Notes under the pieces: model-generated | Seen by the model: only the letters and a program-made list of their open reading frames with translations | What the model was told of the DNA's origin: nothing | Databases searched by the model: none | Shown: piece by piece, positions 32,562-42,251 of the stretch | Numbering within the stretch: position 1 is the stretch's first letter | Layout: each line of letters opens with the position of its first letter | Assembly: GCA_963806535.1 (NCBI GenBank) | Contig: CAWDYC010000003.1 | Coordinates: 224,001 to 288,000 of the forward strand | Length of the DNA: 64,000 bases | Reading direction: 5' to 3' | Origin: Candidatus Bathyarchaeota archaeon | GTDB taxonomy: Archaea > Thermoproteota > Bathyarchaeia > Bathyarchaeales > Bathycorpusculaceae | Position numbers and translations under genes: made by a program

Positions 32562-32732
32562 TTAAAAGTTTCTGCGGTACAAACTTGTTTTGCCCGAGCA
32601 TTCGGGGCATGTTGCAGTAAGTTTGACATTATCTAACGCTTGTGTGGAGACCAAGAAATTTTTAGCAGAAACAGTTACATACCCAACTGGTTTTCCGCAT
32701 TTTTGACACGTCAACTGTTTAGAATCATTCAT
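32562..32732 (-). CDS. Small Zn-ribbon protein (56 aa), not in the ORF track
   Basis: MNDSKQLTCQKCGKPVGY...ATCPECSGK with GGGGTGA SD upstream. Confidence 0.7.
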   Translation of the reverse strand: MNDSKQLTCQKCGKPVGYVTVSAKNFLVSTQALDNVKLTATCPECSGKTSLYRRNF

Positions 32733-32818
32733 AGACGACTCACCCCGTCTACCATATAATGGTTATAAGCAACCTTAATAATTTGTTTTGTGTATAACAA
32801 CGGGAAAAGGCGAAAATT

Positions 32819-33511
32819 ATGGAAAATTACGGTCCACAACTACCTCAAATTCCCCAAATCCCACAAATGCCAATGCCACAAGGCCAAGGTCAACAAGAAC
32901 AAGCTCAACAAGGTGGCTACGCGTGGATGCCAGGCGCCACTACGGTTGGCATCGTTTTTTCAGACGGAGTAATCTTAGCGGCTGAAAAAAGAGTAACTTA
33001 TGGATATTTCATCATGAGCAAAGGCGGCAAAAAAGTTTTCAAAATAACAGACAGAATCGGCGTTGCCTGCGCAGGACTCGTTGGAGACATGCAAATTCTC
33101 GCCAAAGAAATGGAAGCACAAGCTAATCTTTACAGCATGGACACGGGCAGAAAAATTAGCGTGCGTTCAGCATCTAAACTCACGGCAACTATGCTTTTTA
33201 ACCGCCGATATGCTCCACTTATCACTCAGACAATTGTCGGTGGCTTAGACGAAGACGGCCCATCGCTTTTTGTGCTTGATGTTCTGGGTTCGCTTATACC
33301 TGACAAATACGCAGTTGTTGGTACAGGGACAGAATTAGCGATTGGAGTCATAGAAGAGGGCTACAAAGAAAACATGAATGCACAAGAAGCTAAAGAGCTT
33401 GTTACACGGTCTATAAAATCAGCTGTAAGCAGAGATTCAATGAGCGGTGACGGCATAGACTTTCTAATTATCACTAAAGAAGGCATCACTGAAGACTCCA
33501 TAAAGTTCTAA
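32819..33511 (+). CDS. psmB: Proteasome beta subunit (probably non-catalytic: GATTVG)
   Basis: TTVGIVFSDGVILAAEKR, GLVGDMQ, RDSMSGDG. Confidence 0.92.
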   Translation: MENYGPQLPQIPQIPQMPMPQGQGQQEQAQQGGYAWMPGATTVGIVFSDGVILAAEKRVTYGYFIMSKGGKKVFKITDRIGVACAGLVGDMQILAKEMEAQANLYSMDTGRKISVRSASKLTATMLFNRRYAPLITQTIVGGLDEDGPSLFVLDVLGSLIPDKYAVVGTGTELAIGVIEEGYKENMNAQEAKELVTRSIKSAVSRDSMSGDGIDFLIITKEGITEDSIKF

Positions 33512-33589
33512 ACCATTTTCCCTAAATTTCTCTTTAATAAAAAATGATCCAGCAGTGCATATGAGCATTGCCAGAGACGGGGATATGCG

Positions 33590-34213
33590 ATGTCGTTTGA
33601 ACTAACACAAGAAGAAGGAAAATTCTTAATCCAACTTGCCAGAACTACAGTGAAAGAATACTTGGCAAAAGGAAAAAAAATTCTGCCTCCAAAAGAGACA
33701 GCGAAAAAGTTCTTTGAGCACTGCGGAGTTTTCGTTACTATTAACAGTATTAGAAATGGGGAAAAGGAGTTACGCGGCTGCATCGGATACCCTTACCCGA
33801 CAAGTCCACTTGTGGAGGCAGTGATTGATTCCGCCATTAACGCTGCAACAGAGGACCCACGGTTTGAACCCTTATCTGCGGATGAGTTGGACAAAGTTGT
33901 TTTTGAGGTAAGCGTGCTAACGCCTCCAGAGCCTGTACAAGTTGCGAATCCAAAAGAGTACCTAAGTAAAATCAAGGTTGGCGAAGATGGCTTAATTGTT
34001 GAAAGAGGCTACTACAAAGGTTTGCTTCTGCCACAAGTACCTGTTGAATGGGGATGGTGTGAAGAAGAATTTCTTTGCCAATGCTGCGTTAAAGCTGGAA
34101 TTCCACCGGACAGCTGGTTAACAAAAGGCGTTAAAATATACAAGTTTAAAGCGATAGTTTTTGAAGAAGAAACGCCAATGGGTGAAGTAAAACGGGTCCA
34201 ACTCAGCAAATAG
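33590..34213 (+). CDS. AMMECR1 domain protein (TIGR00296-like)
   Basis: GVFVT, LRGCIG, DPRF, GLLLPQV. Confidence 0.92.
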   Translation: MSFELTQEEGKFLIQLARTTVKEYLAKGKKILPPKETAKKFFEHCGVFVTINSIRNGEKELRGCIGYPYPTSPLVEAVIDSAINAATEDPRFEPLSADELDKVVFEVSVLTPPEPVQVANPKEYLSKIKVGEDGLIVERGYYKGLLLPQVPVEWGWCEEEFLCQCCVKAGIPPDSWLTKGVKIYKFKAIVFEEETPMGEVKRVQLSK

Positions 34214-34221
34214 AAAATCAG

Positions 34222-35361
34222 TCAATCTAGCAAAGTTTCAACGATTGTAACTGCCCTGTCTAAACCTTTAAACTTGTTAGAGAACTCGTTTAGGGCAGAC
34301 ACGTTACGGTCATATGATTCTTGATCCTTTTCTAATTTGGCAACTGCCTTTTGCAATTGACTTTTGTTTTTTGCAGTTATTGAGCATTTTAAGTCTTGAA
34401 GTTTAGCAGCGTTGCCCAACTGTTCAGGCTGAGTTGGAATGCAAATGCTCGGTTTTGAATATTTGATTGTTTCAAAACATGTTGCATGTCCACCGCTAAA
34501 AATTACGAATTTAGCGTTTCTCATAGCTTCCTGCCGTTCTTCAGCAGATAGCCATGTGTGAAGTTCGCAGTTTCCAATTTTGGCGCTGACTTTTTTGCCT
34601 GGCGTTCCAAGGCTAATTATGCATTTGGTTTTGAGTTTTTCAAGAACTGGAATAAGCGTTTTTATTAGTTTTCCTCTTGTGCCAGGTGGTCCACTTATGG
34701 GGGCAAAAATGTGGTCATGTGAACCTTTAACAGGTGTTGTATCAACAAAGCCGCCTATGTACTCAACTTTTCCGTTTAATCCCATCTTATCCAAGTTTCC
34801 AATGCTGTACTCAGAGATAGTGTAGGGAGGCGGATTATCGGGAATTATTATTTTTGAACACTGCTTTACATATCGCTCAACAACACGTTCGCCTGGACTT
34901 AAGAAAGCACTAAAACCGTAGCTTGGCCTAATCATGTTAGCTATGTAAACAGAGGGAATTTTCCATCTTTGAGCAAGCCGAAGCGCATTTATGTCGCCGT
35001 CGGCGATAAGAAGGTCAGGCGCTATATCATGAATATTTTCTCTAAGGTCATAGTAACGATGAATAGTTTCCCATGCATTGGAATTTTTTATTTCAAGCCT
35101 ATTTTTCTCCATGTTAAATAATGGAAGAGGAAAAAAAAGGTTAATCAGCGAAGCAGAAGTAATGATGCCATGAGCATTTTCATACCAAGAAATTGGTGTG
35201 CACTTGTAAACATTTCTAAACTCCTTTTGAAGCATTTCATGAGCTTTGCCGCCTGAGAAAAAGAATATTTCATGACCATGCGCCTCGAGCCGTTTACCTA
35301 ATGGTATAATACGGGAAACATGGCCTAAGCCAAGCTCTGAGCAGCTGCATAGGAGTCGCAT
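34222..35361 (-). CDS. GT-B glycosyltransferase (MJ1255/GT28-like)
   Basis: LGLGHVSR, SGGHAT..E, EQLGNA. Confidence 0.82.
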   Translation of the reverse strand: MRLLCSCSELGLGHVSRIIPLGKRLEAHGHEIFFFSGGKAHEMLQKEFRNVYKCTPISWYENAHGIITSASLINLFFPLPLFNMEKNRLEIKNSNAWETIHRYYDLRENIHDIAPDLLIADGDINALRLAQRWKIPSVYIANMIRPSYGFSAFLSPGERVVERYVKQCSKIIIPDNPPPYTISEYSIGNLDKMGLNGKVEYIGGFVDTTPVKGSHDHIFAPISGPPGTRGKLIKTLIPVLEKLKTKCIISLGTPGKKVSAKIGNCELHTWLSAEERQEAMRNAKFVIFSGGHATCFETIKYSKPSICIPTQPEQLGNAAKLQDLKCSITAKNKSQLQKAVAKLEKDQESYDRNVSALNEFSNKFKGLDRAVTIVETLLD

Positions 35362-35454
35362 ATACATACAGATAGTCGGGAATTTATTATAATTATCCCA
35401 TATTACCGCCAAAAAAAGCAAGTAATTTAAGGCTTAAAGGCAACAGTAGAGAGT

Positions 35455-36309
35455 ATGTTTGTTCCACGCAAAATTCTGGAAGAAAAACTCAGACAAATAC
35501 TTGCTGAAGACCTGGGGCAAGGCGACGTAACTGCAGCAGCAATTATTCCAGCAAACTTAACTGTTAAGGCAGTTGTTGTTGCTAAAGAGGAAGGTGTAGT
35601 GGCTGGAATAGAAGAAACAACTGTCCTTGCTGAATATTTAGGATTAAAAGTTAAAGCTAAAGTCGTTGACGGAGACAAAATCAAGAACAAACAGGTTCTA
35701 ATGGAAATTTCTGGTGATGCACAAACAATTCTCGCAGCCGAGAGAACATTGCTTAATCTTCTTTCACGAATGAGCGGAATCGCAACTAAAACGCGAAGCT
35801 TAACTGACAAACTTGAAAAAGCTGGCGTAAAGACGAGAATTGCTGCAACTCGAAAATCAGCTCCAGGCTTGCTTTATTTTGATAAGAAAGCGGTAATAGT
35901 CGGAAGTGGAGATCCGCATAGGTTGCATTTGGATGATATGATTTTGATTAAAGACAATCATTTAGCTATTGTTGGAAGCGTTGAAGAGGCTGTTAAAAAA
36001 GCCAAAGCGAACGCTTCTTTTACCAAAAAAATTGAAGTTGAAGTAACAAAAGCTGAGGATGCAATGAAAGCTGCAAAAGCAGGCGCTGACATAGTTATGC
36101 TGGATAATTTTTCGCCCAAACAGGCTAAAGAAGCAAGTGAAATGTTAAAGAAAGCTGGGTTTGGCGATTTAATTTTGGAAGTGAGCGGTGGAATTACAGG
36201 CGAAACACTGCTGGAGTATGCAGCGGCGCAGGTTGATATCATAAGTATGGGTGAGCTTACTCACAGCGTTAAAGCATTGGACATTAGCTTGGAAATTGTG
36301 AAAAATTAA
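35455..36309 (+). CDS. nadC: Nicotinate-nucleotide diphosphorylase (carboxylating)
   Basis: EDLGQGDVT, TRKSAPG, LIKDNH, MLDNF, SGGI. Confidence 0.95.
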   Translation: MFVPRKILEEKLRQILAEDLGQGDVTAAAIIPANLTVKAVVVAKEEGVVAGIEETTVLAEYLGLKVKAKVVDGDKIKNKQVLMEISGDAQTILAAERTLLNLLSRMSGIATKTRSLTDKLEKAGVKTRIAATRKSAPGLLYFDKKAVIVGSGDPHRLHLDDMILIKDNHLAIVGSVEEAVKKAKANASFTKKIEVEVTKAEDAMKAAKAGADIVMLDNFSPKQAKEASEMLKKAGFGDLILEVSGGITGETLLEYAAAQVDIISMGELTHSVKALDISLEIVKN

Positions 36310-36324
36310 GAAGAGTTATTTGCT

Positions 36325-36877
36325 TTAAATTCCGAGGTTTATTAGCCACACTTCCACTATTGCGCCTACAATAAGTATTCCTGCGCAAATTGCAATTAAG
36401 ATTGCAGTGTTTTTTACTTCAAGCCATCTGTGCTGTAATAACCTTCGGGTCAACCAAATACTCTCCGCGATTGCAATTGAATATGCTGTGAATTCTAGCC
36501 AGAACACAGGAGTTATTACCAAGCTTAGCAAACCTATGGCAACTGGATAACCTTGTACGTGAAGCTATTGCGCCAAGAGCAATGCCAGTGTTGAATAGAA
36601 TCGCAAGCCCTAGTACAGCACCAATTATTGGAATGAACATTAGCAGACAAATTTCGAAGTTGTTTAAGAAAATGTATTCTGTTAAGCTGTTGTTGGCTTT
36701 ATGCTGTGTTGAGAGTTGAGTTTAAAGTGTCACTTATTGTCTGTGCATCTTGTGGCTAAGCGGAATATAACTTCCAATAACTGTAAGAATAAACGCGAGT
36801 ACGAAAATAAAAATTATTGAATAGATTCTTTTTCGTTTTGACGAAGCGTTGCGCCAAAACGATAAATCAAGTTTCAT
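36325..36877 (-). CDS. SpoIIM-like membrane protein, frameshifted
   Basis: IFLNNF.ICLLMFIP.IG, P.FWLEF.AY, GAIVEV. Confidence 0.7.
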
Positions 36878-36890
36878 TTAACAGACCTTT

Positions 36891-37595
36891 CTAACTTGTT
36901 GGCTTAATCTTTAAGACACGAAATCCTCGGGCAATGGGATTTAAGCTTTCTGATAATTTAACCTTCGTTAATATATCTTCTGTGTCAATTGCAAAACTAC
37001 GCATATCATGCTCAGCTGCCATTAGTGAGCAAAGATATATTCGGTTCTGCAGTACCGTGGGTTGACACATGTGAGGTAAACCCAGTAAAATGGCTTCTTT
37101 TTCGTCGACCGCTTTCTTGCACACAAACAGAATCGCTTCTGCACCAGCCGTTAACTCTGCAATCCTTACAGCAACACTCTCTTTGCCAATAGCCAACATA
37201 TCCACGTCATGAACCCGTTTGATTTCTCCAGCAATTTTTCTTAATTTTGGCAAAATCTTGAGAATATGTGCTCGCCCAGTTCTTGACGCTCGCGAGTTTA
37301 TGAGCTCAACTGGCGACAACTCTTCAATTGAAATACCGCCAAGCGACATATCCAGATGCACGACATCAGCTTTCATTTTATCAAGCAAACTTCTACAAAG
37401 CTCCGCCTCATGCACAATCACATCAAAACCGTCATTAACTTCCCTAAAAATTGGTTCAGCCAACCGAAAAGAAGGTTCTCTATAAGGAGGATTAACCAGC
37501 ACTGAAACAGAGGCAACGAGGAAAAGCGGCTTAAACTGTTGATCAAGGATTGCAGCTGCAGAATCCGCCGATATAATTCTCAAGAAACTCACCAA
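36891..37595 (-). CDS. Conserved archaeal protein (DUF4152-like, RNase H-like start)
   Basis: RIISADSAAAIL, VHLDMSLGG, GKESVAVRIAEL. Confidence 0.65.
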   Translation of the reverse strand: MVSFLRIISADSAAAILDQQFKPLFLVASVSVLVNPPYREPSFRLAEPIFREVNDGFDVIVHEAELCRSLLDKMKADVVHLDMSLGGISIEELSPVELINSRASRTGRAHILKILPKLRKIAGEIKRVHDVDMLAIGKESVAVRIAELTAGAEAILFVCKKAVDEKEAILLGLPHMCQPTVLQNRIYLCSLMAAEHDMRSFAIDTEDILTKVKLSESLNPIARGFRVLKIKPTS

Positions 37596-37621
37596 TCAAA
37601 TAATTTAGCTAAAAGAAGAAA

Positions 37622-38263
37622 TTAGGTTTCCTCTTCACATTTACACTTAGATTTCAAACCTAAAGCTAAAAGATACATTTCTGAACTTTTTTGTCGGCTG
37701 GCCAGTGGTTTCACAATCTTGACTGTTTCAAAAAGTTCTTTTGCTGTAAGAATAAATTCGTTGAACATTTCGCCTTCAAAGAGTTTTACAAAAAAGTTTC
37801 CTTGTGGTCGTAGTACACATTGGGCTATTTCTAAGGCTCTGGTTGCTAAGTCAATTTGTTTTGCTTGATCAACTTCCCAAACGCCAGTTATGTTTGGTGC
37901 CGCATCAGAAACCACCACGTCAGCTTCGCGAGGCAGAAAAGAACGAATTTGATCTATAATATCTGGTTCAGTAAAGTCTGCAATAATTGTTCTTACATAT
38001 TCTTGAGTGAAGGGCTCAATTGGTTTAAGATCAATACCTAAAACGTAACCGTTTTTTCCAGTCATTTTTCTTGCAGCTTGAATCCAGCCACCTGGCGCGG
38101 CTCCTAAATCAACTACAACGTCATTTCTTTTTATAAAACCATATTTCTCGTTGGCTTGTGCTAGCTTGTATGTGGCTCTAGAACGGTAGTTTTCTTCCTT
38201 GGCTTTTTTGTAGTAGTATTCGCGTTTTCTATCTCGGATCCAAGCTTTCGGCAACGGAATCAT
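37622..38263 (-). CDS. rlmE: 23S rRNA 2'-O-methyltransferase RlmE/FtsJ
   Basis: YRSRATYKL, DLGAAPGGW, SDAAPN, SRQKSSEMY. Confidence 0.95.
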   Translation of the reverse strand: MIPLPKAWIRDRKREYYYKKAKEENYRSRATYKLAQANEKYGFIKRNDVVVDLGAAPGGWIQAARKMTGKNGYVLGIDLKPIEPFTQEYVRTIIADFTEPDIIDQIRSFLPREADVVVSDAAPNITGVWEVDQAKQIDLATRALEIAQCVLRPQGNFFVKLFEGEMFNEFILTAKELFETVKIVKPLASRQKSSEMYLLALGLKSKCKCEEET

Positions 38264-38690
38264 CCTCTTCTGAGCTTGGCTCGCTTGGTGCCTGTGGTTC
38301 GTTGGGTCCTTCAGGGGCAACAGGAGCAGTAGCAATGGCTTCTTTTCCTAAGCCAAGTATCCAATCGGTAAGTTTCGGGCAGCTTTTTGGAGAAAGCGCG
38401 GTTGTTGGATCACATCTTGCATTGTCCGGACAAAGTAGACAAGGGCAATCAATTATGGTCTCTATTGAAGCAGGAAGCCTTTTTGGATAAAGTCGGTAGG
38501 TCCATCTACCTTCTTGTAATTCTTTTTCTCGACGGATTAACCCTTTTTCTTCTAATTTAATTGAGACACGTGAGCCTTCTCGGCTGCTTGCCCCGAGTTC
38601 ACGCCATAAATCTGATTGGAGCACGCCTTGATAACCCGTATTTACCACATAATGGAGTGCTTTCTGTTCAAGGTCATTACGTTTAGGCAT
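38229..38690 (-). CDS. RPC34-like / transcription factor E beta (wHTH plus Fe-S Cys cluster)
   Basis: GVLQSDLWREL wHTH; PCLLCPDNARC...SPKSCPKLTDW matches the RPC34-type Cys motif. Confidence 0.8.
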   Translation of the reverse strand: MPKRNDLEQKALHYVVNTGYQGVLQSDLWRELGASSREGSRVSIKLEEKGLIRREKELQEGRWTYRLYPKRLPASIETIIDCPCLLCPDNARCDPTTALSPKSCPKLTDWILGLGKEAIATAPVAPEGPNEPQAPSEPSSEEDDSVAESLDPR

Positions 38691-38749
38691 CTAATATCAA
38701 TTCCAGATAATACAATTAGAATATAAGCGTTGAATTCAAATAAAAATAT

Positions 38750-38774
38750 GTTTCCTTAGCTGTAGCTGTAGATA
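38750..38774 (+). repeat. Left terminal inverted repeat / attL arm GTTTCCTTAGCTGTAGCTGTAGATA
   Basis: Its reverse complement matches 44920-44944 at 18/25, including a perfect TATCTACAG. Confidence 0.75.
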
Positions 38775-38841
38775 TATCATCAATTGACCCAGAATTCACA
38801 AAGCCTTTAAGTTTTGAGGGGGGAACTAACTTTTGAGCGAT

Positions 38842-40142
38842 TTGACAGTAAAGACCGAAAAAGACTTGCTGGAATTCGAAAGCGGTAGAAACTGGAAACC
38901 ACATTTACACAGCGAACACACTAAGCGGATTTTCTTTAGGCATTTAGAAAAATATTCGCAATGGGCAAAATGAATCCTGACGAATTGATAAATTTTAAGA
39001 TTGAAGGTTTGAAAGCTGTAGCTACAGAAAAAGAGTTTCAAGCTGAACGGCTATTAGAAAAATATCTGAGAGAATCAGGTATGACTCAATCTGTACAGTT
39101 TGAAGCTAAGAACGCCATAATCAGCTTTTACAAGCATAATTGGCGAAACCTTAACCCTGAATGCGCTAAAGACGTTGAACCACAAGAAGCAAAGATAAGA
39201 ACCCCAAAAATAGAAGATATTCAACTGCTTGAAAGCAACTGCACAACTGCAAGAGATAGAGCATTGACTTGGTTTTTCCCATCAACCAGTTTTAGAGTAG
39301 GAACATTAACCAAGTTGCTGAGAAGTGACCTAAAGCCAACAGGTGACAGCGAAGTTCCTTATTATTTGGAGATTGAAGCTAAGCGGCTTAAAGGTTCTGG
39401 AATCGGCAAATACAAAGGTTTGAAACAAATTACTTTCGTTAACAGCTTTGTTTGGGCTAAAATGATTGATTACTTCGCTGAAGCTGAAAGAAGAGGTTTC
39501 CATCTGATTGAGGATTCACCGCTTTTCATAGGGTACAAAGGTCACTTTACTAAAGAAGAAAGAAAACTTGCAGTTAAACCCAAAAAGGTTAAGGCAATCA
39601 CTGAAGGCGCAATCAATAACACTTATGACAATGCATCGCTTGCAGCATGGAAAGATTTAGAGGAAAAACGCTTTTCTCCACATGACAACCGTGATGTACT
39701 ACAGAATGCTTTAGAAAATGCCAATGTCAACGCTAACATGATAGCTCCAATGCTAGGGCACAAACCTAAAAACGCTGTAGACTTCCATTATTCAAGTCAC
39801 TTATGGCAAGAATTGCTTTTAAAGTATAAACAAGCCTTGCCTTATTTACTGCCTATAACAGTTGAAAAAGTTAAAGCTGAATTAAACGACACAGAAACCG
39901 AATTACATCAAACCAAAAAAGAATTAACCGAAACAAAAGAAGAAGGCAAAAATCAGCAAAATAAAATTAATGCTTTAGAGTCAATTATACTTATGACTAT
40001 GCCCAGAGAACAATTAGAACAATTAGTTAAGGCAAAACTTGAAGCAATGCCAAAATCGGATATATGCATGGCTGTTGAAGAAGGCAAACCACTAAGCGAA
40101 TTAACAAGAGAAGAATTAATTGAAATATACCATAAACTATAA
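38842..40142 (+). CDS. Tyrosine recombinase/integrase with C-terminal coiled coil (indel near 38970)
   Basis: Catalytic set FRVGTL (R), PHDNR (HxxR), LGH, FHY; an upstream frame from TTG 38842 supplies the N-terminus. Confidence 0.9.
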
Positions 40143-40390
40143 ACTCTTTTTCTTTAGTTTTTTTATCAATTTATTATTATCTTTTTTGCCTAAGTTATCT
40201 TACTCAAACTCCAACATTAACAATAAATGCTGTACTAAGCTAACACATATGAGGGGTTTGTCTTATCCGTTTATTGTAGGTAGTAGAATAATTTTGTTTT
40301 ATATGTTGGTATTTATATACAGAATTTACTATAGATAATTAACAATATCCGCTTTACCATGATATTTTAATGTGCGCACAAGGCATAAGC

Positions 40391-40486
40391 ATGGACAAAA
40401 TAATCAAGATTCTTGACTATAACGCTGTTATTCCACAAACTCCCGTGCCTGACCTGTACAACAAAAGCCCATACCAGCCACCTTAG
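40391..40486 (+). CDS. Possible 31-aa peptide
   Basis: MDKIIKILDYNAVIPQTPVPDLYNKSPYQPP after a TATA-like ATATTTTAA. Confidence 0.25.
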   Translation: MDKIIKILDYNAVIPQTPVPDLYNKSPYQPP

Positions 40487-40563
40487 CCATAAAACTTGGT
40501 GAAAATAAAATTATGCTTCTTAACAAAAATTGTAAACTTAGTTATTATCAGGTAACTTTGGCA

Positions 40564-41136
40564 CTATTGATTAACTATTACTCTATTGTGTTTTCTGGGA
40601 TTTTTGAGCCATGACCTACCGCATGACCGACAATTCCACATTATACCTTTTGAAGCTACGTTACTACTATTGCATTCTATACAGTTTGGGTTAGTTGTTT
40701 GTGGTTTAATTGCCTCTGTAAACCCTCTCTTTTGCTGTTCAAATTCGTTAAATGCTGTTGGGTAACGCTCTCTCCATAGTTCCTTTAAGAAGTGATAGTT
40801 CGTTAAAATTGCCGTGTATTCTGGGCTACCGTTCAAATCTGCTCTTTCAAATTGAGCGCCTATTTTACATAAAAGCGATAAGTACCGTTCATAATCGCAA
40901 CTGTCAATTAAAAATATTTTAGCAAATTCACGAATAGACGCTTTTTGTTCATCATTTAGGGTTATGTATCGCTCAGGTATTGTTAAATTCGTAAAATCAA
41001 AATCCCTCAGTACCTTTGCGTATTTTGACTCAAATAATTTGAAATATTGTTCACTATCACGGATTTTACTGCTATCAATATCAACGTAACTTTTTAATTC
41101 TGTTTTAAGCCAAACAATCAAATTTTTATCATACAT
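40564..41136 (-). CDS. Hypothetical protein with C-terminal Zn ribbon
   Basis: CIECNS...WNCRSCGRSW. Confidence 0.75.
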   Translation of the reverse strand: MYDKNLIVWLKTELKSYVDIDSSKIRDSEQYFKLFESKYAKVLRDFDFTNLTIPERYITLNDEQKASIREFAKIFLIDSCDYERYLSLLCKIGAQFERADLNGSPEYTAILTNYHFLKELWRERYPTAFNEFEQQKRGFTEAIKPQTTNPNCIECNSSNVASKGIMWNCRSCGRSWLKNPRKHNRVIVNQ

Positions 41137-41139
41137 GGT

Positions 41140-41284
41140 TAATCATCCCATTTTTTCTGCAATCTTCGCAAATTGTTAATTGAACATAATCGTATTGTTC
41201 GCCTTGTCTCCAACTTTTACCGCAAGTAATACAAACCCATAATGTTTTTTGGCTAAGTTGTTTTGTGCAAAGTGAACTAACCAT
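41140..41284 (-). CDS. Small Zn-finger protein, frameshifted; 3' end approximate
   Basis: WVCITCGKSW...TICEDCRK. Confidence 0.5.
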
Positions 41285-41437
41285 TTAGGCATCATCCCAG
41301 TTTTTAGTGTTTAAACAGCATAAGCCTGAGCATGAGCAACAAACAAGCGCACCGCAATTTTCGCATTTTAACACAGCTTGATTTTTATTGCATACGCTAC
41401 ATGAGGTAACTGCTTTAACTTCGCATTCGTTAATCAT
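41285..41437 (-). CDS. Small Cys-rich protein, frameshifted
   Basis: MINECEVKAVTSCSVCNKNQAV/KCENCGALVCCSCSGLCC; overlaps the stop of the upstream gene. Confidence 0.55.
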   Translation of the reverse strand: MINECEVKAVTSCSVCNKNQAVLKCENCGALVCCSCSGLCCLNTKNWDDA

Positions 41438-41838
41438 GCTTTAACCTCAATAGCAATCATATCGCCTTTGCGAACATCAAGCCCAGAATAACTTTTAGCA
41501 AAACGATTATTACAACAAAAACATCTGTAAATTTCTTTATAACCAATTTTCTTTTCTAATTCTGTGTGGTCATGGTTGCAAATTGGGCATTTAATAGGTT
41601 TAATAAAATACGCTGGGTTAACTTCAATATTTGATTTAGTAGTTTGTTCTATTGCCCGTTTGTATTTCAGTTTATTTTTAAAAAGGTAATTAGCGTTACA
41701 TTGTGGTGAGCAAAAATAACTGTTTTTTCGTTTTGCTTCAAACGGTTTATTGCAATTTTTGCATGGCTTCATTTCAACCATAATAGTTTTAGGCAACCAA
41801 ACTTTTTGGTGATTAGTGCATTTTTCGTATTTACTCAT
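41434..41838 (-). CDS. Double Zn-finger protein
   Basis: CKNCNKPF...FCSPQC and CPIC...CFCC. Confidence 0.75.
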   Translation of the reverse strand: MSKYEKCTNHQKVWLPKTIMVEMKPCKNCNKPFEAKRKNSYFCSPQCNANYLFKNKLKYKRAIEQTTKSNIEVNPAYFIKPIKCPICNHDHTELEKKIGYKEIYRCFCCNNRFAKSYSGLDVRKGDMIAIEVKA

Positions 41839-41865
41839 TAATCAAAACCCCGTATGTGTCGAATG

Positions 41866-42123
41866 CTGTTTGAAGGCTGGGCAAACTCGTAAGGTCATGG
41901 TGTAACCTAAAATTAGCCCAGCCAAAACAGACCGTTTCCCAGCATTGAGTTGATACCCTAAACAAAGCTGGGTAACTATGAAGTAGGCTTGCACCAAAAG
42001 CCGAAACTTTGAAGGTGTAAGCCATCATCCCCGTGTGAGATGACTTGGAAATTCGCCCAGCTACAGAATATGCAAAGAAAAGATGAGTAAACCTTGCATT
42101 GGTGAATTTTTCTATAGCTGGGC
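41866..42123. other. Five contiguous stem-loops (candidate structured RNA or ssDNA signal), overlapping ORF 41831-42133
   Basis: Stems at 41866-41930, 41934-41976, 41986-42023, 42025-42043, 42055-42123; three use CCCAGC/GCTGGG. Confidence 0.65.
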
Positions 42124-42251
42124 ATATGGGCATTTTTGTTAGCTCCCTAAAGATTTTGGCTGTAAGCTATTTGACCGTAACTAAAGCCTTCTGACTCGCT
42201 GTAAGACGCTTTTCCGCAATAAATCAAATAATTGCCTTTAGCTTCAAGGTC

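Noticed and set aside
38760-38776. Alternative element boundary using TGTAG as the direct repeat (38761-38765 and 44930-44934) with 11-bp arms
   Set aside because: It gives a neat 11-6-11 site, but the spacers differ by one base. The same inverted register extends 16 bp further out to an identical AAATAT, so it is kept only as second choice.
41866-42123. Known self-cleaving ribozyme in the hairpin cluster
   Set aside because: No hammerhead CUGANGA/GAAA core was recognised by eye; an Infernal search is needed to exclude other classes.
41831-42133. 100-aa ORF as a confident protein-coding gene
   Set aside because: It has an SD-like GGGAG and overlaps the next start, but has no recognisable motif and lies on the hairpin cluster; left unresolved.
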